Below are positions 1-12,132 of a DNA stretch of 64,000 bases, piece after piece. The notes under the pieces are model-generated. The model did not search any database, was not told the origin of the DNA, and worked only from the letters and a program-made list of their open reading frames with translations. Both the position numbers and the translations under genes were made by a program. This DNA is from the human T2T-CHM13v2.0 reference genome, Homo sapiens: NCBI RefSeq assembly GCF_009914755.1, contig NC_060926.1. One strand, given 5' to 3'. How positions within the stretch are numbered: the first letter of the stretch is position 1; each line of letters begins with the position of its first letter.

Positions 1-81
1 CTATAAAAAAACAAATTTATAAGTTAAATACAGAAAAGTTACCCAACAGAATTTAAATTAATTTAATGGTAAGGATAATAT

Positions 82-87
82 TTTATT
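82..87 (-). terminator. Candidate polyadenylation signal AATAAA for SLC38A11
   Basis: TTTATT on plus = AATAAA on minus, 1.7 kb after the stop, followed by U/GU-rich sequence. The UTR may also end elsewhere or beyond the window. Confidence 0.35.
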
Positions 88-526
88 GAAAAAATAAATC
101 ACCACTAAAACCCTGAGCATGGTTCTACCTGCTAAAATGCATCTTCCTTTATGTTCAATAGGCCTTTCTCACTATGAGTCACACAGTGACTCAGCTCTTG
201 CCACTTTATTCAAACTACTGTGAACCTACCCTTTATACACTTCCTGTAGGATTTTTTTTTGCATTTGATTTGTACAAACTCATCATATATGTATTAACTC
301 TGCTTGTGATAGTTTCTCGTTATTTGGCAACAATTAATATAGTGCCACAGATGGACAACCTGATTGGAATACAAATGAAATGAAAATCTTAGGTGATACT
401 TGATATAAGGAAGCCATCCAGATGGCCCCAGATTTTCATGTTACTTTTTGAAGATTGTCATACATACAAAGACACAAAGTCCTCATTAAAAAATCATTTA
501 AAAATCCTCAGTAAACCGAGGGCATC

Positions 527-900
527 TGTGGTGGGCACAGCTGTGTCTCCCAGATACCCCTGTAAGGAAGCATGTGGTGACAAAGCTATCAGTAGACCAC
601 CTCCAGCTCTCAGTTCCTTTAGGGTTTGCTCTGCTGCAAAGAGCTGCCTAGCCCAAGAACTCATCCTTCTCCAGATGCTCACATTAAATGACTGATGGAG
701 GCAGCAGTATCAAAACTGGGCTATTACCCTTGAACAGGGACAACTCTGATGGGTCATGTATGCACCAGCTTCCCTGTGGATTTGGCTGAGGTCAGCCTGC
801 ACTGCAGTTCTACCTCTCCCTAACAATCCTGCTTTCCCCTCTCTCCCATTAGTTATGATAAACTCCATCTCACTATCTGCTCCCAAAGACCCAGTCAACA
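527..900 (+). mobile_element. Old ERVL-type solo LTR (LTR16-like) in the 3'UTR region
   Basis: Starts TGTGGTGG, ends ...ATAAACTCCATCTCACTATCTGCTCCCAAAGACCCAGTCAACA, resembling LTR16 3' ends; recognised by eye. Confidence 0.5.
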
Positions 901-1080
901 AGAGCTCCCAGAAATCTCTCTGAGGAACCCCCAGTGGACTGAGAAAGCTTCTTCTGTAGCCCTGATTCTTCTTACACGTTTCTAGTTTCAAAGTTCAGCT
1001 TCCAGTTGTACATTCCTGACAGCACTAAAAATCCAACAGGTCCATATCACCAATCTCTTAGGTTCTTGCCACAGAACAAC

Positions 1081-1128
1081 TGTTTTTTGTTTTTGTTTTT
1101 TTTGTTTGTTTGTTTGTTTTTCTGTTTT
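1081..1128 (+). repeat. (TTTG)n/T-rich simple repeat
   Basis: tgttttttgtttttgtttttttgtttgtttgtttgtttttctgtttt. Confidence 0.8.
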
Positions 1129-1788
1129 AGAATGGTGCTACCATTGTATTCCCACAGCATCAGAAGATGGGAGGTGATTTTGATTCTTTACACACCTTGC
1201 TCCTCACAGCCAGTCTATGATTCAGGATTCCTCACATGGAGAGGTCTTTGCTCATTTCTCCAGGGATCCATTTCCCTTTAAACAAAGGATGCTGCTGAAA
1301 TTATAACGGAGAGCTCCTCTTTGTTCTTGGGATATGTCTTCTTTTCAATCGTTTTGGGTTTCCCTTCTCTTCAGTTCCACAGACTTTTAAGGACAAAGAA
1401 AATGCCCACCCCCCACACCCCCCCCACCAAAAGACATCTACACAAAATTCCATCCCACAATCACCTACTTATTTTGGAGCACAATATACTGGTTTGCATA
1501 TTAAATAAAAGGGGGATGGCAGAAAATGCTAAAGGCTTAACTCTCCCTTCTTCAATTAGCATTAGTGTAGTGCAGTCATTAGAACAAAACCCTTATTTTG
1601 TTCCAGTTAAAGGTGAAATACATTCAATTTTTCTTTTCTTTATCTTTTATATTGCACTACTCATAAAAGCCAAGTCTTGATAAAAGCCAAAATAATAATT
1701 TTATATAACATAAATACAGACTAAAGCAAGCGTAAATGTTATGTGTTTTAAAGTCTATGAAAACATACATATTTTTAAAGCAGTCAAC

Positions 1789-2082
1789 TCATTGAAAGAT
1801 ACTAATATTTAAAGTAGAAAGTTGTGTTGTCTGCTGAACATGAGACTCTGAGGTATTTGTGAGAGAGAAATTGTCAGGAAAGCAGTAGAACATTTCCTGC
1901 CCATGGGTGCAGTCTTGAGTATTTGTAATAGCCATGACGAATCCAAAAACCATCACCACAGCACCAATGGGAAGCATGACACAAGACATAATCTTATCGG
2001 AGTGTGTCCTTGGTTCTTCAGACAGTTTCAGATAACAGGCTGATGGAATGATAAAAATGAGGGGAGTTGCACAGAGCACACC
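1789..2082 (-). CDS. SLC38A11: SLC38A11 exon 12, coding part (GVLCATPLIFIIPSACYLKL...STLNISIFQ*), 294 nt
   Basis: Acceptor TTTTCAACATGCAG|GGT; stop TGA at 1789-1791; within ORF 1789..2154. The 12 exons sum to 1389 nt = 462 aa + stop. Confidence 0.96.
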   Translation of the reverse strand, partial: GVLCATPLIFIIPSACYLKLSEEPRTHSDKIMSCVMLPIGAVVMVFGFVMAITNTQDCTHGQEMFYCFPDNFSLTNTSESHVQQTTQLSTLNISIFQ

Positions 2083-3019
2083 CTGCATGTTGAAAACAAG
2101 AAACAAGATAATGTCACTAGATGGAAACATTCTTCGGACAGCTTTTAAAAGCATTTACAAAATGTGTTTTTCATGCACATGTTAAACATGTGATAGGTTC
2201 AGTTGAATCAAACAAAGGGAGGAAAAATAGTTCTAAGAAAGACTTAGAAATAGGCATTACCTTTTCCACTGGCATATTTACAAATGAAAATAATGAAATA
2301 GTATAACAGCTTTTCAGACTTAAGAAAATATTATCACAAAATAATATAGAAAATAAAGCAGATAATAGGACTGACTTCTGGCACTCTTGAAATTTCCTGT
2401 ATTTTCAGTTCATCATATTTCCTTATATTCTTCACTAAAACTATTGTGTATCCACTATGCCCTTCAAACATGAATGGTCTATTTGTCATTTGTGTATAAG
2501 AAGGAAATTTTGGGAAATTGTATAGGGGCCACAATGTCTGTCTTCTTTACCTGAGCTTGTATGGAAGATGTGCCTATCTGTGTGAGAAAGAAAAACTATA
2601 ACCCTAAGGCAGTTAACATGAAATAGCATTTCTAAATCCTCTTTCAAATAAAAGTAAGCACATTAATTACTGAGAAAGTTGACAGCAGAGCTAAATGACT
2701 ATTACTCATTCACCCTTCCCCACATTAGCTAGGAATAAACCCAACCTAAGGAGGAATGTCAGATTTAAAATAATGGTGGTAGAATTGTCTATTATAAAAA
2801 TACCAACAGCTATTGATGTCAAAGGAAGAGACTTTCCCCTTGAATAGGACTAATTCGCAATAGAAACTTAGCAAATAATATAAATGTTAACATTTAATGC
2901 ATTTTAGGTAATATGTTTTTCTAATTACGTTAGATTTTAATTATAGTATATTTAACAATGTAACATACATTAAAATTTTATGACAAATATTCTCTTAAAC
3001 CATAAAACATACGTTTTTA

Positions 3020-5715
3020 AAAAATAAATTTTATTGTGTATATTTGAGGTTTATAACCTGATGTCATAGAATACATACAGATAGTAAAATGGTTATTGTA
3101 TTGAACTAACATATCTATTCATCTCACATAATTACTTCTTTGGTGATGAGAGCAACTAATATCTACTTATTTAACAAAAGTCCCAAATATAATACAATTT
3201 ATAAATTACAGCCCTCATATTGTACATTAAATCTGTAGACTTGTTCATCCTACATATCTGCTACTTTGAATTCTTTGACCTACCTCTCTACATTTCCTCC
3301 CTTTGTTTCCTGCCCCTGGTAATCACAGTTTTATTCTCTTATCTCTAACTCTATATATTAGGCATTTAAAAAAATATTCCATATATAAGAGAGATCATGT
3401 AATATTTTGCTTTATGTGTCTGGCTTATTTCACTTAACGTTCTTCAGGTCTATCCATGTTGTGGCTAATGGCAGGATCTCCTTTTTCAAGGCTGAATAAT
3501 ATTCCATGTTACAGACAGATCTATATGACATTCTCTGTATCCATTCATACATCAATGAACACTGAGGTTGTTTCCATCTCTTCACTATTGTGAATAATGC
3601 TTCAATGAACATGGGAGTGCAGATATCTTTATGAGGTGGTGATTTCATCTTTTTTGAGTATATACCCAGAATAGAGATTCCTGGGTCATATGATGGTTCT
3701 ATTTTTAATTTCTTTAGGAACCTCCATTCTGTTTCCCATATTGACTATTCCAATGTACATTCCCACCAGCAATGTACTAGGGTTCCCTTTTCTCCACACT
3801 TCTGTCAACATTTGTTATTTCTGGTCTTTTTGATCATAGCCATCCTAAAGGGTATGAAGTGATATCGCCTAGTGGTTTTAATTTGCATTTTCCTGATGAT
3901 TAATGATGTTGAGCACTTTTTCGTATACCTGTTGGCCATTTTCATGTCTTCTTTGGAGAAATATCTGCTAAGGTCCTTTGCCCATTTTTTAATCAAGTTA
4001 ATCATTTTTCTGCTATTGAGTTATTAGAATTATTTGTAAACTTTTTGTAGTGACCCTTTATCAGTTAGATGGTTTGCAAATATTTTTTCCCAATCTGTAC
4101 GTTGTCTTTTCTTCCCGCCCTGCACCCCCTCCCCACTGCAGAGGCCTTTTAGTTTGATGTAGTCCTATTTATTTATTTTTAGTTTTATAGTCTGAGCTTT
4201 TAGTGTGATATTCAAAAAAATCATTTCCAAGGCTAATGTCAAGGAGCTTTTATTCTATGTTCTCTTCTAGGAATTTTACAGTTTTGGGCCTTACATTTAG
4301 GTATCTTATCCATTTGGAATTGATTTTTGTGTATGGTGTAAGATCAGGGTCCAATTTCACTCTTTTGCATTTGAGAATCCATTTTTCCCAGCATCATTAT
4401 TGAAGACTATCCTTTCCCCATTGTGTCCTCTTGGTGATCTTGTAGAAAATTAGTTGACCCTATATGTTTGGATTTATTTCTTGGCTCTCTTTTATGTTCC
4501 ATCGGTCTATATTTGTGTTTTTATGCCAGTATCATACCGTTTTGATTACTGCAGCTTTGTAATATCATTTGAAATCAGAAAGTGTGATGCCTTCAACTTT
4601 ATTTTTCTTTTCAATACTGATTGTTTTTTCTATTTCTGTGAAGAATGCCGTTAGAATTTTGATAGGAATTATGTTGAATTTGTATATTGCTTTGGGTAGT
4701 ATGGCCATTTTAACAATATTAATTCCATCCACAGGATATCTTTCCATTTATTTATATGTTCCATTTATTTGTGTCTTTTTCAATTTCCTTCAGCAAGATT
4801 TTATAGTTTTCAGTATACAAATTTTTCACCTCTTTGGTTAAATTTATTCCAGAGTATTTTTTGATGCTATCATAAATGATATTGTTTTCTTGATTTCTTT
4901 TTCAGCTAGGTTATTATTTGTGTATAAAAATGCTACTGATTTTTGTATGTTGGTTTTATATCCTGCAACTTTACTGAATTAATTTATTAGTTCTAACACT
5001 ATTTTTGGAAGCTTTGGGATTTTCCACATATAGAATCATGTCATCGGCAAATAGAAATAACTTTACTTCTTCTTTTCCAATTTGGATGCCTTTTATTTCT
5101 TTTTGTTGTCTGATTGCTCTTGCTAGTACTTCCAGTACTATGTTGAAGAGAAGTGGCGAGAGTGGGTATCCTTACCTTTTATTGGATCTTAGGAGAAAAG
5201 CCTTCAGTTGTTTCCTATTAATTGTGATGTTAGCTGTAGGTTTTTCATAAATAGCCTTTATTATGTTGAGGACTTTTCTCTCTCTAAACTGTTAAAAGAG
5301 TTTCTATCAAGAAATGATGCTAAACTTTGTCAAATTCTTTTTCTGCATCAGTTGAGATAATCATGTGTTTTTTGTTTTCTCTCTCTTTTTTTTTTTTTTT
5401 TTTGGAGACAGGGTCTCACTCTGTTTCCTAGGCTAGAGTGCACTAGCATTATCACAGTTCAGCTTTGATCTCCCAAGCTCAAGTGATCCTCCCACCTCAG
5501 CATCCTGAGTTGTTGAGACTACAGGCACATGCTACCATGTCTGGGTAATTTTTTGCAGAGACGAGGGATCACTATGTTGCCCCAGCTGGTCTCAAACTCC
5601 TGAGCTCAAGTGATCCTCTCGCCTTAGCCTCCCAAAGTGCTGAAATTACAGGTGTGAGCCACCGCACCCAGCTGTTCATGTGGTTTTAGTTTTCATTCTC
5701 TTATTATGACATTTC
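3020..5715 (-). mobile_element. 5'-truncated L1 (L1MA-type 3' end), same sense as the gene, interrupted by an Alu
   Basis: Minus-strand ORF2 C-terminal remnants (3430..3648 DICTPMFIEALFTI, 3805..4005 [16 protein letters not shown], 4565..4747 [17 protein letters not shown]) and an L1MA-like 3'UTR near 3030. Confidence 0.9.
5386..5673 (-). mobile_element. Alu (AluJ-like) nested in the L1
   Basis: Poly-T plus dimeric Alu; degenerate TSD tcatgtg(g)tttt on both sides. Confidence 0.93.
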
Positions 5716-6537
5716 ACAAATGTTGTTCTCTGAAATAATAAAATGTAAGTTTTTAATATATAAAATCAGTAACAAATGTAATATTACTTTACAACTAAAT
5801 GCAAGCTTTTCATAAACTATGTTTTTCTAAATTTAAAAGTTAATTTGCAAGCATACACAAAAGTAGAAAGAATAGTATAATGAAATCCTATGCAACTATC
5901 ACCTATGGTTTAAAAGCTTTTTGACACATTATTTTGGTAAATTTTCTCCTGGGAAAATAACAGCAAAATAAATTTGAAGTTGGATGATGTAAAATTATAA
6001 ATTGTACCTTTAAAATAGCTTTAAAATAAATATATTCTCACACCAGTTAATAAAATTACTGTGTGTTTTATACAAAGCAATCTCTCCATACCAGAAATAT
6101 TATGACTATGATCCCAATTATGTAACTTTTTGAATTTTTACAAAAACAAAAGTGTCCAGAGAAAGAATAGTAGGGACCACACTGCATGGAAAATATTTCC
6201 AAAGTAAGAAACATAAGAATGAGAAAATACTTAAAAATACCAAAATCATGTTCTAATTTAGAATATATGGAAAATATACTTTTGCCATTCATAGCACCTG
6301 AATACAAATTAATATCTACAAAGGTACACAAAAAATAAAAGATTAGTTGTCATATGACTAGAATGAAATATATTATGGATTCCATAGATTCTATCATAAT
6401 ATTTGGAATTAACAGTGCTTTTTAAGTTATGGAAGATACTGTTAACAATTGGTCTGTATTTATAACAAAAACTATTAGCCTCTGATTTCTTTAAAATAAC
6501 AATTTGTGAAAACAACAAACAGTAATTCAAATACAAA

Positions 6538-6576
6538 TGTGTGTGTGTGTGTCTGTGTATGTGTCTGTGTGTGTTG
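6538..6576 (+). repeat. Imperfect (TG)n microsatellite
   Basis: tgtgtgtgtgtgtgtctgtgtatgtgtctgtgtgtgttg. Confidence 0.85.
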
Positions 6577-8254
6577 TAGTCTTCTCTTTGTAGTCACAAA
6601 CATGTGGCTAATTCATCTGGAACTGCAGATTGTGGAAGTACTATCAGGATGAAAACTGCCCCCAGCTTCTGCTAAGAAGCTGTCATCAGTCAGCCTTTTG
6701 GTACTCTTCCAAACTTAACTTGCTGGGCAGTGCAAAGCAATGGGTGTTCTATTTATGTTATAATTCTTAAGTGTTGAGAAAGTAGCAATTAGAGGAAAGA
6801 CTATATAGCTCATATTTCTACTGGAAGGATTCCAGTTGAGTATCTTGTTTAGATACCAGCTACTTTCTTGATATTTAAAAGCTCAGTCTTACTAAAGGTT
6901 GTTGCTAGAAGTCAAGATCATCAGTAAAATAATAGTGTGGTTGCATCTGATCTATTCCCTATGAATTAGTCGAGCTGATTTGATCTATTTAATGTAGACT
7001 TGCTTAAGGATACACCACTGGCTTTGGAATAATTTTTGAAATTGCTTGACAGGATGTAAAATCATAACTGCTTATTAAAAAGACAACAAAATATAGTCTA
7101 AGTTATAAAGATGGGACAGTTCTTATTAATTGATAATAACACTGTGGATGTCAGAGTATTTTGCAGTTTGCTGGAGAGAAAGGACAGAAGCTATTGAACA
7201 TTTTTATTGCCAGTACAGATTGAAAAAGTGCCTGAATTTTCCTACCTGAATAGAAATTTCTCAAATGATGCAAGGAAGCTGGAAACTAAATAAAATAATG
7301 CTTATACATCTTTTAAATTTCTACTTTGTAATTAATCTAAACTCATGAAATTCACTCCAATACTTCAAAAAGAAACTCTCTCTTGCTCAGGAAGTCTTTG
7401 GCAACTGGGATTATGGCTTGCTCACCCCAAAGACTGTATTTCTTTATCTGGGCTCTTGCTGGCATTTGGCTTGCTTTCTTCCTTCCACTGTAAACCACAC
7501 ACAATGCTTGTTGAGCTGGTTATGCTGGCACAGGCACCAGCTGCTTCATTTTCTCTCTTTGTACTGCTGCGAGTAGAAACCCATAGGGCCCAATTACTGC
7601 AGATGCCTCTTTTCTCCAATAGCAACATTAGTGCTAAGACGCTGGATTCTTGTTACCAAGAATAGTGCTTATATTTATTTGATTTGCTTCTAAAATGAAA
7701 CCTTTAAAACTTAGTGTGTGTTTGCTTTGGAAAAATATTTCATTGTTGTCTACTGACATGAAAACAAGAAAAAAAAAGGAAAGCAAGGTTCTATTTTTTA
7801 ATTCAATAACTATTACCTCAATTCATTTTATTCTATATTATTTGGTGATACTAAATAGTAGCATTTCCCTAACCTTGCATGATCTGATTCATCTCATCTG
7901 TGAAGCTCATTATTCTACTTATTCAGAAGCTAAAATAAAAAAGAATTCCTAAAGTACTAAAATTGTTATCTAAGATAAAAGCTATTAACTACATTTCTAA
8001 AGTACTACAATTACTAAGATGAAAGTTATTAACTAAAAATTATTAAGACAAAAACTTTTCAGTTCCATTTTATTTCATCTCCTGGTATGTTTTAACCCAT
8101 TATTAAAGTCTATCCATATGTATCATAGATTACTCTTAACCTTTCTTACAGATAAACTCAATGCATAGATTTTATAACCTAAGAAAGTGGATAGAGAAAT
8201 GAGCATAATTATTTTACATAATTTAAAATCTTATGCTTAGGAAATCTCAGAGTA

Positions 8255-8799
<545 letters not shown>

Positions 8800-10493
8800 T
8801 GAAGTAGAACACAGCATGCTTTAAGTTACTTCCAAAGTGTTGCATGATCCAGCATGTATTAGTTACTAACAGACATGATGCTTGATTTGGCTCTATTAGA
8901 CATGGTAAGTGTCCACACAAAAAGGAGTTGAGTAAAGATTTGAATACGTTCTTACGCACACCAAAAGACGTACTGATGTGAAAAACACTTATTCTCAGGT
9001 GGTCTGAGAATGGAGATCCTAGATTTTATTAATTCTTACAAAGTGCTTTAAAACTAGCATAATTGTCTTGGGCTATTAGGTCATAACAGACAATTTAGCA
9101 CTCTAATTTTTAATGTATGTCTATATAATCAGGTTTTAAAAAAATCTAAAGATCTTGAATCATATTTTAAATTTTAAAAATAGTCCTCCAGGGCCAGCTC
9201 AGATCTTGACTTTAAAATAGATATTCACAATGTATTCTTCTATGATTATTCTTTAATACCAGAATTCTGTATTAACCAAAACAGTTTTCAATATAAGTAT
9301 AATAGAGAATATTTAATATGATTATATGCCTACAATTTTGTTGTGCAAATGCCATGGAGATTAGCAATTAACTTTACAGAAAGTAATGGCTAGATTTACA
9401 AAAAAAACTCATTCCTGAAAAATGAGCAATATGTGTGCACTTGATTAACTTGAAAACAAAAAAAAATTTGTTGGGCTATCACTATGTAGTGAATGTTCAG
9501 GCAGATAATAAATATATTTTGTCTTACAACAAAATCCTAAAATATCAACAAACAAATTTGTGGACTCAAACAAGATATTTCATAAAACAGGAAAAAACAG
9601 GGCTTGGAAATCATTATGTTGATTATCTCCACAGCATAGGTGAAAGATTACTACTACTGTCAACAGCAACCATTTTTTATAACATTTCATTTCCTGGTAC
9701 TACATTAAAGAAAGCATCTTGTGTCTAAGAATATTTATAGAAATAGATCCTGAACTGTAGTCCCAAGGTGCAATCACCCATGCAATAATTTCAGCACTGT
9801 GTCCTTAGCCCTGTGCCAAATACTATGGAGGAGGGAGGAGGTGGTTAAGTATTTTTGTCTTCAAAGAGCTTACCAATTGTTAGGTAAGGCAAGCTTATGG
9901 ACAGCTTCAACAATACATGACACGAGATAATACATAAATTAAGTCAGCGCATTAATGTAGTAGTGATCCATCTACACAAATCAAGATTGGTATGCGAAAT
10001 GATTTTTAGTGGCCCTACTAGTGTTTGGCCTATGCAAAACTGGGAAGAAGGTAAAAGTTACCTTTGACACTTGCTTACTTTCCTATGAGCTTTCCTTCCA
10101 CTGTTGGTAGAATAGACAATTACCAGTCTCCTGAGGTTTTGGAAACTGCTTACTCCCCACTTTCCATTTACAAGAAAGTCCCCAGTAGGGTCCCTGACTG
10201 AATTCCCTCCTGCCTTTGTATGGAATTTCAAATCAAAATGGCCTCTGGATGACATAGTAACTTGGGCACTGACAATAATACCTTCACCTATGCCTCAATT
10301 CTCAATGAAACGAGTAAATGATGACTTGGGATCCCATCTGTATGGGTTTGCCCTCCCTGTGGTGCATGACCAATAAGTGCTAACTGGTGGGTGATTCTGA
10401 TGAGAAATTCTGTAAGGATTGTAGAAGATTAGCCACTTTGTAGTGGTAGAACAACTTCCATTCCTGTCTTAGCAAATGACATCATTATTCTAG

Positions 10494-10925
<432 letters not shown>

Positions 10926-11647
10926 TCCTCTGTCTTCATCACCTATATTGCAGTTGAACTTTTATGTTTATTTGTGAGAATGCACAGGTCCTTTCTTATT
11001 GCATTCATCCTTATATTCTATTGTGTGGCACATAGTAATTACTCAATAAATATATGATCAGTGAATGTGAATAAAGGAATTAGAAGTTGCACTGGATCTT
11101 AAAGTTTTTGTAAAATTTGGACAGAAATGAAAGAAAAATAATCATTATCGGAAATAAAAAGCAGATAGGACAAAGAATAATGGAAAGAATTGATATGGCT
11201 TATTCACAGGCCAAAAAATTAGATTGACTAGAGCTGAACATAAATTTTGGGAAGTAAATGGGAAATAGTTTTACACAGAAGACAAGATGGTAGAAGCAAC
11301 GGAATTTATACTTGCTCTGGTAGGAAAATGCCGATAAACTGAAAGCAGAACTTAAATACATGATAGTTGAAACAGAGCTGGGATTAATTCAACTGTGATA
11401 TTATGAGGACTTCTATTTGGTTGATGGCAGTGCAGACTATAAAAGAAAGATCTGGAGAAAGAAAAATATTTAAAGAAAAAGAAATTTTGTCATAGCAAGT
11501 GAATGGATATAACTTGAATCCTTTCATATTTCTCATAAATTTCACTAGATATATTATTATTCAGCAAAGTCCAAATCCACTTAATTTATAGCTATTTTTA
11601 GTAACATTTATGTGTTATAGTAAATGAGATATGCAAAAGTACTCTAA

Positions 11648-11812
11648 ACCAGGGTTTCTCAACCTCAGCACAATTGACATTTTGGATCAGATAATTTTTT
11701 GCTGTGAGAGACCTGCACATTGTGGGATGTATATCCCTGGCCTCTATCCACTAGAGGCCAACAGCACTGCCTACCCAGTTGTGACGACCCCATATGTCTC
11801 TAAACAACCACT
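11648..11812 (-). mobile_element. MER20 (hAT-Charlie DNA transposon), internally deleted
   Basis: cagggtttctcaacctcagcacaattgacattttgg...ccctggcctctatccactagaggcca...cccagttgtgac matches the reverse complement of MER20. Confidence 0.8.
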
Positions 11813-12000
11813 ACTTTAAAACTATATAGTCCCACAAAGTGCACAGAATCATCATTGAAAATATTTACTATTACAAACATATTTTGATTCCACTTCAAAA
11901 GTGACACTTTTGTTAAGGAAAATACATCTTATGTTAAATGTAATCATTATCTTTTAAAGAGAATTTTAGAGTGAAGGGGTAAATCTTTGCACGTACTCAC

Positions 12001-12132
12001 ATTGAGTTCTAGAACTATCCCGAGGCAATCAATCAGCAATGACACAAGCGTGGCTACAGTGATGACCATCACTGTTACAACAATGTGGAAAACCGATGAA
12101 AGATTCCCACCAAAAAACACATTGGCAATTAC
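12001..12132 (-). CDS. SLC38A11: SLC38A11 exon 11 (VIANVFFGGNLSSVFHIVVTVMVITVATLVSLLIDCLGIVLELN), 132 nt, phase 0-0
   Basis: Acceptor TTTATTCGGCAG|GTA, donor AAT|GTGAGT; hydrophobic TM segments. Confidence 0.95.

Noticed and set aside
2083-2154. ORF-track N-terminal extension of the last exon (MLLKAVRRMFPSSDIILFLVFNMQ)
   Set aside because: Intronic branch/polypyrimidine region upstream of the exon 12 acceptor; the same applies to ORF overhangs at exons 1, 3, 4 and 9.
6663-6682. Short perfect palindromes CAGCTTCT-gcta-AGAAGCTG and CCTGATT-gta-AATCAGG (37183-37199)
   Set aside because: Stems of 7-8 bp are expected by chance in 64 kb.
7345-7665. Overlapping ORFs on both strands (106 aa and 68 aa) in intron 11
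   Set aside because: No recognisable domain or splice context; length is within chance for a locally GC-richer patch.
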